From: a virus
Taxonomy: Duplodnaviria; Caudoviricetes
Reading direction: 5' to 3' (one strand)
IMG/VR virus record: IMGVR_UViG_3300027986_000016
Span: 1 to 44,069 of that record
Length of the DNA: 44,069 nt
The translations under genes and the position numbers were made by a program. This document shows, piece by piece, positions 42,161 through 44,069 of the stretch. The notes beneath the pieces were generated by a model that was given only the letters and a program-made list of their open reading frames with translations, had not been told where the DNA came from and searched no databases. How positions within the stretch are numbered: position 1 is the first letter of the stretch; every line of letters starts with the position of its first letter.

Positions 42161-42783
42161 ACCTCGCCATCGACATGGACGGTGTCCTGATCTCGAATGA
42201 CGAGGTCTGGGCCGATCACTACAACAAGAACCGCGAGAAGCACGGCCACGTCTGCGAGGCCGGCGAGCCTGATTCGTGGGACTACTTCACCAACATCTGC
42301 AAGACCTGTTTCCACGACTGCGTCCACAGCCACGACATCATGGCCCGGTCGCCGGCGATGCCCGGAGCGAAACAGGGATTGCGCTACCTGACCCTGATGG
42401 GCTACACGCTCCATCTCGTGTCACACCGCGCGCCGAACATGCGGGCTACGGCGAAGCAGTTACTGGAGAGACACGGGCTACTCGATCACTTCAAAAGCGT
42501 CGAGTGGTCCTGGGCACCGAAGGTCGAGACGTGCGAACGCCTTGGGGCATTCGCCCTGATTGACGACAGCCCCGCCAACCTTGAATCGCTCGTGGGATCA
42601 GGCACGGCACCGATCGTGTTCGATCATGCCTACAACCGACACCTGAAGCACATGCGCCGGGTTCGCTACTGGAAGGATGTCCCGGACGTGGTGGAACTGG
42701 CCTGGCTCAAGGGCTACGCCACGAGACAACTTAGGGAGGCTAACGAGCAGCTTGTGTCACAATTGTCGAGAGGCAATACATGA
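42157..42783 (+). CDS. HAD 5'(3')-deoxyribonucleotidase (NT5C-like)
   Basis: IDMDGVL, VSHR, K..LIDDSP, FDHAYN..RV..W. Confidence 0.9.
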   Translation: MNLAIDMDGVLISNDEVWADHYNKNREKHGHVCEAGEPDSWDYFTNICKTCFHDCVHSHDIMARSPAMPGAKQGLRYLTLMGYTLHLVSHRAPNMRATAKQLLERHGLLDHFKSVEWSWAPKVETCERLGAFALIDDSPANLESLVGSGTAPIVFDHAYNRHLKHMRRVRYWKDVPDVVELAWLKGYATRQLREANEQLVSQLSRGNT

Positions 42784-43013
42784 GCGCTCCGATCTTCGGG
42801 ACGTGGTTAGCGATTGACGACGACACCGAAGAGGTCATTGCCGAGAGCGAAGAGGGCACCAACTATGGGAAGTTCGAGCGACAGGTGAGAAAGTCACATC
42901 CTGGGTGCTCGTTCGTCATCTCCTACCGTGGCGGTGAGGCTGGCGGCATGATCCGCGACCGGCCACGCACTCTGGCCCGCTGGGATGCGCGCCAGCTAGA
43001 CGGAAAGGGTTAG
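42780..43013 (+). CDS. Hypothetical protein
   Basis: ATGA overlap; 77 aa. Confidence 0.6.
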   Translation: MSAPIFGTWLAIDDDTEEVIAESEEGTNYGKFERQVRKSHPGCSFVISYRGGEAGGMIRDRPRTLARWDARQLDGKG

Positions 43014-43015
43014 TC

Positions 43016-44069
43016 ATGAGAGTTGCCCGCCCCTGGACTGAGGCTGAAGAGGCATTCATCCGGGACAATCCTGAACTGACCATACGCGAGTTGTACGGGC
43101 AGAGCGGCAGTGACCGCACCTGGGACAGCTACCGCAACAAGGTCAACTCGATGCGCATTGATCCTGCGAACGAGCCAGAGGAACTAGCCCGCGTCAAGCG
43201 TCTCGGTGTCATCGCAGACCTTCTCGAACGATCCGGCATTGCTCCCGAAGACATCGGCAGGGTGGAGAAAGTCCGACTCAACGAGTGGGAGGGCTTCTAC
43301 AAGGACGCCAACGACGAAGCTCAGAAAGTTCACATGGAAGCTGCGAGCCTCATACTCTCCCCGAAGTGGGCTGAGGGTCCTGCGTGGCCCGTCGTGCAGC
43401 CTGGCCCGTCATACAGCGTGCATCCGATCGACTGCGACGCCATCCATCCGTCCGGGATGGAAACGTGTGTCGTGCTCCAAGACGCACAGGTCGGCTATTA
43501 CTACGGTCGCTGCGACGATCTTCACCCGACGCATGACGAAGCGGCCCTGGACGTCGCGCTACAGATCGTATCTCAAGTAAAGCCCGATCGAATCGCGCTC
43601 AACGGCGACTGGTTCGACTTTCCAGAACTAAGTAAGTACCGCAAGCAACCGAAGTTTGTGCGCACTACGCAGGCAAGTGTCGATCGCCTGACACGCTTTA
43701 TGGCCCAGCTACGCAGTGCCGCGCCGGCTCGTTGCCGCATCGAGTGGATCGAGGGCAATCACGAGAAGCGAGCCTCGAACTACATCATCGACAACGCTCT
43801 CGCTGCGTTCGGTCTGCGACAGGGCGAACAGCCTGATGGCTGGCCGGTTATGAGCGTGCCTCACTTGTGCCGACTGGACGACTTTGGCATTCACTACCTG
43901 GCTGGCTACCCCGCGCAGAATATCTGGCTCTCGGATAGACTACAGATCGTCCACGGCGACAAGGCAGGACGAGGGGCAAACAGCCAGAGATATCTCATCG
44001 AAGAGCGTGTCAGTACGATCTACGGCCACGATCACCGACGCGAGTGGGCAGAGATCACCAAGCGGACTC
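43016..44069 (+). CDS. Calcineurin-like metallophosphoesterase with Myb-like N-terminus (3' partial; not in the ORF track)
   Basis: Open from ATG 43016 to the window end: PWTEAEEAFIR; VLQDAQ, LNGDWFD, EGNHE, VHG, GHDH motifs. Confidence 0.9.
   Translation, partial: MRVARPWTEAEEAFIRDNPELTIRELYGQSGSDRTWDSYRNKVNSMRIDPANEPEELARVKRLGVIADLLERSGIAPEDIGRVEKVRLNEWEGFYKDANDEAQKVHMEAASLILSPKWAEGPAWPVVQPGPSYSVHPIDCDAIHPSGMETCVVLQDAQVGYYYGRCDDLHPTHDEAALDVALQIVSQVKPDRIALNGDWFDFPELSKYRKQPKFVRTTQASVDRLTRFMAQLRSAAPARCRIEWIEGNHEKRASNYIIDNALAAFGLRQGEQPDGWPVMSVPHLCRLDDFGIHYLAGYPAQNIWLSDRLQIVHGDKAGRGANSQRYLIEERVSTIYGHDHRREWAEITKRT

Larger units (their letters stand above)
1..44069. mobile_element. Tailed phage/prophage genome segment (siphovirus-like)
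   Basis: Ordered head-neck-tail module, tape measure, tail fibres, holin, DnaB/ERF/SSB replication genes. No host housekeeping genes. No integrase or att site seen. Confidence 0.97.

Noticed and set aside
1-44069. tRNA genes, integrase/att sites, terminase/portal
   Set aside because: None recognised by eye; they may lie outside the window, so lifestyle and packaging mode cannot be called.

Overview
The window is a continuous piece of a tailed dsDNA phage or prophage genome, GC-rich and siphovirus-like (no tail sheath; tape measure of about 1,875 aa). The + strand from about 1.1 to 28 kb carries the virion module: a DUF6582/Mu-I-type prohead protease with scaffold, cement, major capsid, neck, tail tube, tail assembly chaperone, tape measure, hub proteins and two fibres. 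Several morons interrupt it. At 28.1-32.3 kb, where a lysis module is expected, I recognise no peptidoglycan hydrolase. Instead there is a tightly coupled cassette: tail-anchored coiled-coil protein, stand-alone CheY-like receiver, small Zn finger, exported S8 subtilase, membrane-anchored papain-like (C1) protease, and a second tail-anchored protein. This is the best candidate for an undescribed system (protease-based, possibly phosphorelay-gated lysis or envelope remodelling). The - strand from 32.3 to 41.1 kb carries early/replication genes (SSB, MazG-like, HTH, DnaB, replication initiator, ERF) and, unexpectedly, the holin. A triple 12-bp palindrome region and back-to-back promoters lead into a + strand nucleotide-metabolism cluster. 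Other notable signals: a copy of the capsid N-terminal motif inside the protease, a candidate +1 frameshift in the tail chaperone, a roughly 175-nt structured element with loop-loop complementarity, and a Tad1/Acb2-like mini-protein. Terminase, portal and integrase are not in the window. All family calls are by motif recognition only; no searches were run. The host may be Chloroflexota (inference).
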